Below, in pieces: positions 28,737-36,876 of a stretch of 60,938 nt of DNA. Positions within the stretch are counted from its first letter, which is position 1, and every line of letters begins with the position of its first letter. The notes beneath the pieces were generated by a model that saw only the letters and a list, made by a program, of their open reading frames with translations, was not told where the DNA came from and searched no databases. The position numbers and the translations under genes are program-made. Source of the DNA: a virus (lineage: Duplodnaviria > Caudoviricetes); IMG/VR virus record IMGVR_UViG_3300020362_000267, positions 1-60,938 of that record, one strand, 5' to 3'.

Positions 28737-29642
28737 TTACGCCCCTGGTGTTGCAAAGACACAACGCCAATCAGAAACACCAAAGCTGTAACGCTCACGA
28801 GCTTTAAAACGTGTGTTCCCTGTATCAAAATCGCCTTCAAGAGCAGTCTTGATTGGTGAACGATTAAACATTTTAAATCCGTTAGGTGCATCTGTTTTAA
28901 TGAAGAATGCGTCTGTATCTGTCAGGAAGTGGTTAACCACTGCCCCTTCAGGCAACATACCCATGTTCTTCATTGCGTTTGCATCATTGTCGGCTGTACC
29001 TGGACGCAGATTTGAGTTGAGCACACGTTCTGCAATAAACTGTAGTTCTTTTGGAATAATCAGTTTAGTGCCGCGTACAGCAACTTTCAGCCCACGTTCA
29101 TCTGTAAAGCCTGCAATATCAATCAACATCTGCTCAAGAGAAGTCTCGTTGAGGTCAGCGGCTGTTGCCAAAATGTTTGATTGATTGCCTGACAATGATG
29201 GGTGTGCGTTAGAACAAAGAGCTGCACCGTCACCAATTGGTGAGCCTGTGCTAAATGCGTTGTTCAAGATCGACGCAGCTTTAATTTGCTTTGTCTGAGC
29301 CATTGAACGAGCAAGAGCTTTTGTATAACGAGATGCAAGGCGGTCATACAGATTATCCTCAATAGCCTCTTCAGTAATTGAAAAAGCAAGAGCAATAGTC
29401 TCATGTGTATAACGTGCTGTGTAAGTTTCCTGTGCATCATCAAATGTGACGGCAGTGCCCTCACCTTTGACAGGTGCTGTGGAAAACCCACCAAGCATCA
29501 CTTCCTCTTCAAACGCCCGATCAGAGGTTTCTTCTTCAAAAATCTCTGCATGTTCGTTTTCATAGCGGTTGTATTCCAGACCGAACAGTGCGTTCAAACC
29601 TGGCTCTAGCTCTTTAGCTAGTTGTGCGCGAGAAATAGCCAT
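28737..29642 (-). CDS. Major capsid protein
   Basis: MAISRAQLAKELEPGLNALFGLEY...FKARERYSFGVSDWR; follows the scaffold and is followed by a terminator. Confidence 0.88.
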   Translation of the reverse strand: MAISRAQLAKELEPGLNALFGLEYNRYENEHAEIFEEETSDRAFEEEVMLGGFSTAPVKGEGTAVTFDDAQETYTARYTHETIALAFSITEEAIEDNLYDRLASRYTKALARSMAQTKQIKAASILNNAFSTGSPIGDGAALCSNAHPSLSGNQSNILATAADLNETSLEQMLIDIAGFTDERGLKVAVRGTKLIIPKELQFIAERVLNSNLRPGTADNDANAMKNMGMLPEGAVVNHFLTDTDAFFIKTDAPNGFKMFNRSPIKTALEGDFDTGNTRFKARERYSFGVSDWRCVFATPGA

Positions 29643-29656
29643 TATCTATGTCCCCC

Positions 29657-30304
29657 TTATATGCCAGTGCTTGCCGCTGTAGTCTGAGAATCAGAGCTAG
29701 AGCATGGAGCATTATGGTGGAAGTTAAAGCGAACAATGTAGTTCACTCCTGCCGCATCAAAATCAAGATTTGCGTCATCACCTGTAAGGCCGACAACACG
29801 CATGATTAAGGTAGCGGTTGTTGCAACTGTTGAAATGTCCATTTCAGCAGTAGAACGACCAGTTGCAGTTGAACCAGAAGTTCCATTTGCCAAAGAGACA
29901 TTCGCAAAAATGTTTGATAGAGCAGTTGCACGATCAGTTGAACTGCCGTCTGCGGCGATCATAAACAACTGATTAGGGTTGTCTGCTACAAAAGCTTTCA
30001 CAGGAAAGTTTGTATCGACGCTTACATTATTGGACCCAGGCCAATAGTTTTTGAAAACAGTCTTCTTAGAAGTGCTGTCAACATATTCAACGCCCATCAA
30101 GACCCCAAGGGCCGGTACTGTACCACCGTTTGCCGCACCAACAATGTCAATAACCCCCGCAGCCAGTGGGATCACTGGCGAGTTTTGGAAGATTGCATTG
30201 GTGTTGTTCGATGCGATCTCATATTGAGTCACACCAGTAGTGTTTGCACCTGCACCTGTTAAGCCAATTGGACGCAGACCAAAAGCAGTATCTTGGTTTG
30301 CCAT
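29657..30304 (-). CDS. Minor capsid/cement protein (likely start MANQD at 30304)
   Basis: MANQDTAFGLRP; directly upstream of the major capsid gene; GGAG Shine-Dalgarno. Confidence 0.6.
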   Translation of the reverse strand: MANQDTAFGLRPIGLTGAGANTTGVTQYEIASNNTNAIFQNSPVIPLAAGVIDIVGAANGGTVPALGVLMGVEYVDSTSKKTVFKNYWPGSNNVSVDTNFPVKAFVADNPNQLFMIAADGSSTDRATALSNIFANVSLANGTSGSTATGRSTAEMDISTVATTATLIMRVVGLTGDDANLDFDAAGVNYIVRFNFHHNAPCSSSDSQTTAASTGI

Positions 30305-30323
30305 TTTTTTCTCCAATCAGGTC

Positions 30324-30812
30324 CTAATTTTTAGGACCGCCAAAGGTTACACGCGACTGACGATCGGCATTGCCGATCCTCATCGTAGAGTGAGAATTTT
30401 CTCTCATCATATCGTGGTCCACGGCATCCATCTGGTCTTTAGTCCTACCATCAAAGTAGGCTTTCCTTTCGGCTACCGTTTCTAACGGAATACGAGCGAG
30501 AACTAATCCGCCAACTCCAAACACACCAGCATATTTACCTGATTCAACGACGGGTGCCTCGAAATCTGGGTACTCATCTTGGCGGACCAGTTCGTATCCT
30601 TCGCGCAGACGAGCAGAAATGTTTTTCGTATCGTCAAATCCACGAACTTCGGCCCTAACCCAACGATGTTTGTATCCATCGGGCGCAGGTGGTGCGTCTA
30701 GCATAGACGGGGGAGCCCAAGGCTTACGCCGTGTCTCTTTCTCCCTTGTCTGACTAGCACGAGAGCTACGATCAACGCCTACGTTCTTTGTAACTTGAAT
30801 TTCAGCCATCAC
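30324..30812 (-). CDS. Head morphogenesis-region protein
   Basis: WAPPSMLDAPPAPDGYKHRWVR; between scaffold and capsid genes. Confidence 0.55.
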   Translation of the reverse strand: MMAEIQVTKNVGVDRSSRASQTREKETRRKPWAPPSMLDAPPAPDGYKHRWVRAEVRGFDDTKNISARLREGYELVRQDEYPDFEAPVVESGKYAGVFGVGGLVLARIPLETVAERKAYFDGRTKDQMDAVDHDMMRENSHSTMRIGNADRQSRVTFGGPKN

Positions 30813-31717
30813 TAGCTCCTTCCTAGTAATTCAACTTGCCTTGCATAATCCTCAAGAGAAACTCCTAATTTTTTTGCAATAGCAACTTGAGATGGGGTCA
30901 AACTGACCTTCTTGAGTCCAGATTTGTTAGCAGTCCTAGATGCAGAAGCAACCGTCTGAACGGGTCGATTACTCTGTGACTGATTTGTGTCAAACTTATG
31001 CGGAAACTCCGTTTTAATTCGTTTGTCTAATTCATTATAATACTCATCTGAGCTGGGGTCAAACCCTTCCTGCTCGACAAGCTGTCTATGAATACCAAAA
31101 GCCGCATATGTCATGGTATTGTCTGAACCAAACCATTCATTTCTGTTTGCCCATTCTTCTGCTTTTGGATCAGCAGGTCGGGGTGCGGCTTGCTGTTGCT
31201 GAGCAGGCTGCTCTTGAACGGGCTGCTCTTGGCGGCGTTTTTGCACTGCTTGAGCGTTTTCTGCCTTATCGGCAGAAACAGCAAGTTTTGCTAACTTTTC
31301 TTGCGCTTCTACTGCAGCAGCACTGTCTCCTACAGACAATGCTTGGCTCAAGTCATTTTTAACCTGCGCGATTTCTGCCTCAACTCTACTAGAAAATTCT
31401 CTAACAAACCCTTGGTCTAGATTTTGCAATCTAGCTTTTGTTTCTTCTAATTCTTTTTTCACGCCTTGAGCATACTGAAGTGCATCTTGTTCACGACGTT
31501 CAGCTTCTCTGCGAAGTTTTGTCAGACGATCAATGCGTTTTTTAGAATCTGATACGGGCTTCTCTTGTGGTTCTTCTGCAGCCGCTTGTTCTACAACCTC
31601 AACAGCATCGTCTGAAGTTGAAGCATCTACCTCTACTTCAACGGCCTCTTCTCTTGGCTCAACTGCTAAAGCTTCTTCTGATTGTTTGTTTTCTTGATTT
31701 TCCATGATGCTCCTCAA
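30812..31717 (-). CDS. Capsid scaffolding protein
   Basis: Acidic coiled coil with C-terminal LTPSQVAIAKKLGVSLEDYA, upstream of the capsid genes. Confidence 0.7.
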   Translation of the reverse strand: MRSIMENQENKQSEEALAVEPREEAVEVEVDASTSDDAVEVVEQAAAEEPQEKPVSDSKKRIDRLTKLRREAERREQDALQYAQGVKKELEETKARLQNLDQGFVREFSSRVEAEIAQVKNDLSQALSVGDSAAAVEAQEKLAKLAVSADKAENAQAVQKRRQEQPVQEQPAQQQQAAPRPADPKAEEWANRNEWFGSDNTMTYAAFGIHRQLVEQEGFDPSSDEYYNELDKRIKTEFPHKFDTNQSQSNRPVQTVASASRTANKSGLKKVSLTPSQVAIAKKLGVSLEDYARQVELLGRS

Positions 31718-32148
31718 ACGTGTAAAATGTCTTCAGGGTCAGATATCTTAGCGAGAATTTCATCATCATTAAGTATCCGAACCTCGCCACCTTCAATCTT
31801 AAAGCGAGAACCCGCATACCTTGCGAAAATAACCCAATCTCCTTTGTTGCACCAAGTGCCCAAAGGAAACTTGTCTTTATCTTCGTAAGCAAGAGGTCCT
31901 ACTTTAAGGACATAACCCACCTGAGTGGATATTTCTTGATTTGCTAATATCTGGTCTGGAAGCAAAACGCCTCCTTCCGTTTTACCTTTACCCTTGTAAG
32001 GGAGAACCAGTATACGCCAGCCTGTAGGATCTGGCATTCTATCTAATAGCGATTTATCAATTTTAGAAGGGTCGAGCACACGTTCTGAGGGATGTACCCA
32101 GGGGGAAGACGGTTTGTCTTCATTTGTAGCTTTGACTGCATCAGTCAT
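31714..32148 (-). CDS. groES: GroES-like co-chaperonin
   Basis: PTGWRILV...KTEGGVLLP...VLKVGPLAY...GDWVIFARYAG...ILNDDEILA. Confidence 0.88.
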   Translation of the reverse strand: MTDAVKATNEDKPSSPWVHPSERVLDPSKIDKSLLDRMPDPTGWRILVLPYKGKGKTEGGVLLPDQILANQEISTQVGYVLKVGPLAYEDKDKFPLGTWCNKGDWVIFARYAGSRFKIEGGEVRILNDDEILAKISDPEDILHV

Positions 32149-32338
32149 CTATTAGCTCCTGTTTCTCTAGCAGGCTCTTGAGTTCCTGTTCAACATATTG
32201 CAGGCCATCAATGTTTCCCATTAACTGCCTGTAGTGCTCCATATCTTTCACTTCATTATTAACCAAAACATCCACAATGTTTTCTTTGCGGTCTCTAACA
32301 AGTTTCAATATGAATTGTGCGAGAGTTATCTCATCCAT
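32141..32338 (-). CDS. Hypothetical protein
   Basis: Helical 65-aa ORF overlapping the groES start. Confidence 0.6.
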   Translation of the reverse strand: MDEITLAQFILKLVRDRKENIVDVLVNNEVKDMEHYRQLMGNIDGLQYVEQELKSLLEKQELIDD

Positions 32339-32350
32339 ATGAGATATTTA

Positions 32351-32731
32351 CTATTTTTTCCTAAACTTGTCTACTCCTTTGATGCCTAAAGCTGCGGATA
32401 TTGTAAGAAAAACTAGATACGTATACCACTCTGGTAATTCATTAAGACGATCAAAACCATTTTTCACAATTTGTTCCATGCCTGGAATGAAGACTAGTAT
32501 CAATGGAATGAGTATAATCACCGTGACTATCTCATCCTTGATGGACGATTTTGTAGACTCAGCCATTATCAACTCCCACTTCGAATCGTGGGTAGCTGCA
32601 GTTTTCATTATTTCAGCTTTTGCCTCCGCTTCAGTTTGTGCAAGAGTTGCTTTCGCCTTTTGCTTGGATACTTGCCCCTCAACAAATGAGCCTGCCAATG
32701 ATGCAATAGGACCAATAAGAGCTTGAAACAT
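32351..32731 (-). CDS. Putative holin-like membrane protein
   Basis: Two hydrophobic segments (IVTVIILIPLILVFIP; YLVFLTISAALGI) and a basic C-terminus. Confidence 0.55.
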   Translation of the reverse strand: MFQALIGPIASLAGSFVEGQVSKQKAKATLAQTEAEAKAEIMKTAATHDSKWELIMAESTKSSIKDEIVTVIILIPLILVFIPGMEQIVKNGFDRLNELPEWYTYLVFLTISAALGIKGVDKFRKK

Positions 32732-32734
32732 GGT

Positions 32735-32944
32735 TTACTCCTCAAGAAAATCTAAAATCTCTCCGTTTAACATCATAACTTTGAGTTCTTTACATGACCA
32801 CTTTTGGTCAAAATTGTTGGTGTGACCTACATTACGTTTAATCTTTCGGCGCACAGAAAGGCACTCCCCAAGTGACTTGTACGGGGTATATTCTACTTTC
32901 TCCCCGCCCATAACCAGCAATAAAACAAAAGTTAACTCAACCAT
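32735..32944 (-). CDS. Small protein with hydrophobic N-terminus
   Basis: Signal-like N-terminus and two Cys. Confidence 0.5.
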   Translation of the reverse strand: MVELTFVLLLVMGGEKVEYTPYKSLGECLSVRRKIKRNVGHTNNFDQKWSCKELKVMMLNGEILDFLEE

Positions 32945-33332
32945 TGTTTCGCATCTTTTCTATATTTTCTTCTATTGTTGTTATTCTTTTTTCGTAAAAC
33001 TCTAATGTCAACTTTTGTTGTTGGTCATAAGGAGCTTTACCGTCCTCTATTTGAGATTGAAGTTTTTCAAATTCCAAAGCTAGGTGCTCAATTAACATAA
33101 ACTGTTCGCTATCTGCCGGGAGCGAACCCATTTCTCCTCTGGGCCATTTTATTCTAAACTCTGTGTTATGTTCAACATCAGATTCCATCATTGTAATGTT
33201 GGTTTCAATCTGATTAAGCCGCTCTATAATTCCAAAATATGCCCAAGTAGCAAGAGACGCTGCTGCAACCATAGATATGATGTTGCGTAACGGTAGTGCT
33301 ACCTCAGTATTTTCATTTAACTTAGCTGGCAT
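32937..33332 (-). CDS. Membrane-anchored coiled-coil protein (possibly lysis/spanin-like)
   Basis: One N-terminal transmembrane helix followed by heptad-rich sequence. Confidence 0.5.
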   Translation of the reverse strand: MPAKLNENTEVALPLRNIISMVAAASLATWAYFGIIERLNQIETNITMMESDVEHNTEFRIKWPRGEMGSLPADSEQFMLIEHLALEFEKLQSQIEDGKAPYDQQQKLTLEFYEKRITTIEENIEKMRNNG

Positions 33333-33539
33333 TTACTTCTCTGAGTTGAGCCATACCGCCAGACTGCCTGTCATGGCCCCCGTGACCACTGATATGAGCG
33401 AAGCCTGTTGAGTTGTAAGATCTGGCTGTGAAAGTGCCCACTCTATGCATCTTATGTACACCCCTGTCATGCACAACATCATAAATCGAGGTAGTATTTT
33501 AAGTTCCAAAAGCTTTCTTGCTACGTCTTCTGCGCTCAT
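33333..33539 (-). CDS. Small two-TM membrane protein
   Basis: Two hydrophobic helices in 68 aa. Confidence 0.55.
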   Translation of the reverse strand: MSAEDVARKLLELKILPRFMMLCMTGVYIRCIEWALSQPDLTTQQASLISVVTGAMTGSLAVWLNSEK

Positions 33540-33985
33540 TAGTCAAACATCCCTTTAAGCCAAGCTACCCAAGCAACAAGCCCTGCCACCATTGAAGCGA
33601 CTAAAAGACCTGCTGCACCTAAACCAATCGCTTCCGCAAGTTCAGCCCTTCTGCGTCTTGCCAGCTCTTCTCGCACCCTGCGTTCTTTTCTAGCATCTGC
33701 CTGAAATTTCTGCCAATCTTGCCAAAGCCCTGGTCTTCCTGTGTAAATCATTATCTGCTTTAATTGTAATTCTTTTTGGCGAATACTTTCTAGAGCCATA
33801 AACTCTTCAAGGTCAGATGAGCGAACCCCTGACTTCTTTTTCTTATTACCTTTTCGCTGCAGCTCCTCTTTGGCTATGACAAAATCTGAAATAGCTTTTC
33901 CTGCTTTGGCAATATCCCCAGTGTTCTGGACAGCCTTCTTGATAATTGTAAAAGCCGCATTTGCAGCCGCCAGTTCCGCTAAAAT
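33539..33985 (-). CDS. Membrane-anchored protein, probably 148 aa from an ATT start (the track reports only the last 86 aa)
   Basis: The frame is open 62 codons upstream of the ATG at 33799, to GAGG-CGAAA-ATT TTA GCG GAA. C-terminal transmembrane helix. Confidence 0.65.
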   Translation of the reverse strand: MLAELAAANAAFTIIKKAVQNTGDIAKAGKAISDFVIAKEELQRKGNKKKKSGVRSSDLEEFMALESIRQKELQLKQIMIYTGRPGLWQDWQKFQADARKERRVREELARRRRAELAEAIGLGAAGLLVASMVAGLVAWVAWLKGMFD

Positions 33986-33999
33986 TTTCGCCTCTTATT

Positions 34000-34194
34000 T
34001 TACTTGCAGCTATGATAGCTGCCGCCCTTAATTGCTGCGCCCATGCCGCGAACTTTTGAGATACTCATAGCTGTCGGTACAGACACCTCTTTTGCCTCGC
34101 CGTATGGCACACGACCTTGCCCATCAATCTCTGCAAAAGGTTTAGCCTTTGGTGCCTCTGTTGGGATGTTTGTTACAATCTTTACTACACTCAT
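34000..34194 (-). CDS. Small virion-associated protein
   Basis: Overlaps the portal stop; C-terminal RGMGAAIKGG. Confidence 0.6.
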   Translation of the reverse strand: MSVVKIVTNIPTEAPKAKPFAEIDGQGRVPYGEAKEVSVPTAMSISKVRGMGAAIKGGSYHSCK

Positions 34195-36590
34195 TGTACG
34201 CTCCTATCTTTCATGCGTTCTCTTTCTAAAGCAGCCTGTATTCTAGCGGCTGTCTGCTCTTCTTGACTTCTAATGCGCTCATCAAACTGACGAGATTTAT
34301 CCATCATTTGAGCCTGTTTAAGGTTGAGCTCACGCTCTTCCCGTTCTTTGTCATTCTGCTCTGCCAACGCGTCAAGCTGCAATTCCTGTTGCTTCAATGC
34401 TACGACAGGGTCTGGTTGAGCACTACCCGAAAGCTGGCGACCCATGTCCTGTACAGCTTTCATCCCCTCAGCCATGTACACTGCAGCCAAAGCATCAATC
34501 TCCATCTTGACTTCAGGAGGTATTTGCTGTTGTCCTTCCATGCCAGACTCACGCATAGCTCTTTCAACTGCATCTATCTGTACATGTTGGAAAACGTGCT
34601 TTTGTAAGTTCATGGCAACCATTGGATTAGCCCCCACAAGCGGTGACCCGCTCATGACAAGGTGAGCCATAATGTGCGCCTCGTGGTTTTGCCCAGGAAA
34701 CGCCTGCATCTTCTTACCGTCAAGTGCTTCTTGGTTTTCTTGTGCAGGGTCTTTCGGCACGGGCTGTTGAGCCTCTTCATTCATCAAATATTTGTCAATA
34801 TCCCGTACACCCAACGCTTCGTACATGTCCCGATAGACCTCATACATGTTGTGTATCTGTGGGGCCTGTGACGCAAGCTGCATTTTGGTTTGAGCTAGAG
34901 CAATCCTCTGGGCTTGAGAGAAAACATTTGGATTGGACACAGGTATGACGTCAATCCGATCGTCAAAATCCTGCGCCTTTACTGCAGAGTCTACCCCTTC
35001 GATTGAATATGGGTAAACAGGCGGCAAACTTTCTGCCATAACCCTTGAAAGCAGCTTAAATTCTAACTTCATCGCGTAATGTAAGCGTTTATGAACTGCG
35101 CTCATCACACGAGAGCCCTGTTCCATCATGGCGATTGTAGTTCCCACAGCAGCCTGTTGGTTGCCATCTCCTACCTTAAGGTCTGTTATGGTCGCGAATC
35201 GCCTGCCTGCGTCAACTACAAAGCCTAAAAGGTTAAATAATGTGCCGTCAGGGCCTTTGAACGGCAAAGGCATTAAACTATCACGAATTGCACCCCCAGG
35301 AGCGTCTACGTCCCTAAATTCACCCGGCTGCAGAGGCTCATCATCGTCTCTAATCCGTAGGCCACGAGCTTTGAAGCCTGCTGGAAGGTTGGAAAGCGTC
35401 CCTGCATCTATCAATTGCCGTAAAGCTGCAGTCGCTGTCCTTGAAAGACCGCCAATAGTGTGAATAAGCCCCAATCCATAAAAACCGAAGCCAGGAAGGA
35501 ACTTATAATGCACAAAATACTGGATTTTCTCCATGTTTGGGTCATTTTCGCGGTAGTTTCTGCGAATGGACAGCACCTGACCGTTGTCTTGAGAGATAGT
35601 TACGATGTATGGCAGCTTAATTCCTGTCGGTTCACCGTCCTGACCCTTGTCTTCGTACCCTTCGAGGTCCAAATCGACATGACATTCAAGCAATGTGCAG
35701 TCATAATCCACGGATGACGGCTCAAGACCAGTAATTCTATCAATTTCTGACTCTAAATCGTCGTCCACGGCCTGTTGTGGCAGCACAGGTATGTCCCTGT
35801 AAAAGCCTCCAATCTGCTTTTTACGCAATTCGTTCAAGCTCATACGCACGACATGCGTGATATTGGGACAAGTTTCTAAATCAGCGGTTTCATAAGGCAC
35901 CACCAGATGCTCTGCAGCTACAAATTTGCTTACTGCCCTGTCGATGCCCTCGTCATAGTAGACTTTCTTGAACGTACTACCCGCTAAAGGTAAGTAGAAC
36001 AGCATCTGGTCAAACTCAGGGGTGTACTCCTCCATCACATTCGTGATGTAAAAGTTCATAAAATCCTTTACACGCTGGGCTTGGTCAGACTTTGCTGCGT
36101 CTGCTGACCCGACAATAGCAGTACGCACTGGTCCGCCCGCTGGCAGCAGCTCATTGAACGCTTGAGCTTGGAATTGCACTGCCGCTTCAGCCAACAATGG
36201 ATGCGTGACGCCTGACGCACCTCTGAAAGGCTCCGATCTTTCTGAATAATTGAATCCCAATAATTCCAAACCGTTTGCATAAGCATCTTCCCAATCCTGT
36301 CTGCTTGCTTTGTTAGCGTCAAAGTCTGATGTAAGCTCACTTGCAAGAGAACCCAAGACCCTATCGTCTAAATCCTCTGCTAAATTGGCATAAAAACCAC
36401 TGTCAGGCATGTCTGTAGACGGTTCAAAGTCTACAATAGCCCCGCCATCCTCCGATATTTGTATGTCAAACTCACTTTCAACAGGCATTTGAAGACTGCC
36501 AGGGGCTTCAATCTCCACCTCTGCCATCAATTCTTCTTGCTCTATCTGTGGATTTTGATTCTCTACCAGAGAAATAGGGGGTCTAACCAT
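34191..36590 (-). CDS. Portal protein (P22-like, with C-terminal helical extension)
   Basis: HPLLAEAAVQFQAQA, FYLPLAGSTFKKVY, FLPGFGFYGLG and LRQLIDAGTLSNLP; size and position fit. Confidence 0.85.
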   Translation of the reverse strand: MVRPPISLVENQNPQIEQEELMAEVEIEAPGSLQMPVESEFDIQISEDGGAIVDFEPSTDMPDSGFYANLAEDLDDRVLGSLASELTSDFDANKASRQDWEDAYANGLELLGFNYSERSEPFRGASGVTHPLLAEAAVQFQAQAFNELLPAGGPVRTAIVGSADAAKSDQAQRVKDFMNFYITNVMEEYTPEFDQMLFYLPLAGSTFKKVYYDEGIDRAVSKFVAAEHLVVPYETADLETCPNITHVVRMSLNELRKKQIGGFYRDIPVLPQQAVDDDLESEIDRITGLEPSSVDYDCTLLECHVDLDLEGYEDKGQDGEPTGIKLPYIVTISQDNGQVLSIRRNYRENDPNMEKIQYFVHYKFLPGFGFYGLGLIHTIGGLSRTATAALRQLIDAGTLSNLPAGFKARGLRIRDDDEPLQPGEFRDVDAPGGAIRDSLMPLPFKGPDGTLFNLLGFVVDAGRRFATITDLKVGDGNQQAAVGTTIAMMEQGSRVMSAVHKRLHYAMKLEFKLLSRVMAESLPPVYPYSIEGVDSAVKAQDFDDRIDVIPVSNPNVFSQAQRIALAQTKMQLASQAPQIHNMYEVYRDMYEALGVRDIDKYLMNEEAQQPVPKDPAQENQEALDGKKMQAFPGQNHEAHIMAHLVMSGSPLVGANPMVAMNLQKHVFQHVQIDAVERAMRESGMEGQQQIPPEVKMEIDALAAVYMAEGMKAVQDMGRQLSGSAQPDPVVALKQQELQLDALAEQNDKEREERELNLKQAQMMDKSRQFDERIRSQEEQTAARIQAALERERMKDRSVQ

Positions 36591-36876
36591 TTACAACCTC
36601 ACAATCGCAACGCGGGCTCATACCCTTTATAAAGACAGGTGTTCCCTCGCCCATATATGCGCCTGTCACATTAAAATCCATGAACTCTATCGCTTCTGTT
36701 AAAGACATACCGTCCCGTGTCCGCAATATATCCACACATTTATCCCAATCGTAAGCAATCATCACAGGAAGTCCACACCTCTCAGCAGATCCAATGATTG
36801 CCTCATCAAACCCTTCTGCTTTTAACATGATGACTTCTTCGTCAAACTCTTCCTCTATCATATCATATCCCTCCAT
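36583..36876 (-). CDS. Hypothetical acidic protein
   Basis: GFDEAIIG...EAIEFMDFNVTGAYMGEGTPVFI. Confidence 0.6.
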   Translation of the reverse strand: MEGYDMIEEEFDEEVIMLKAEGFDEAIIGSAERCGLPVMIAYDWDKCVDILRTRDGMSLTEAIEFMDFNVTGAYMGEGTPVFIKGMSPRCDCEVVNG

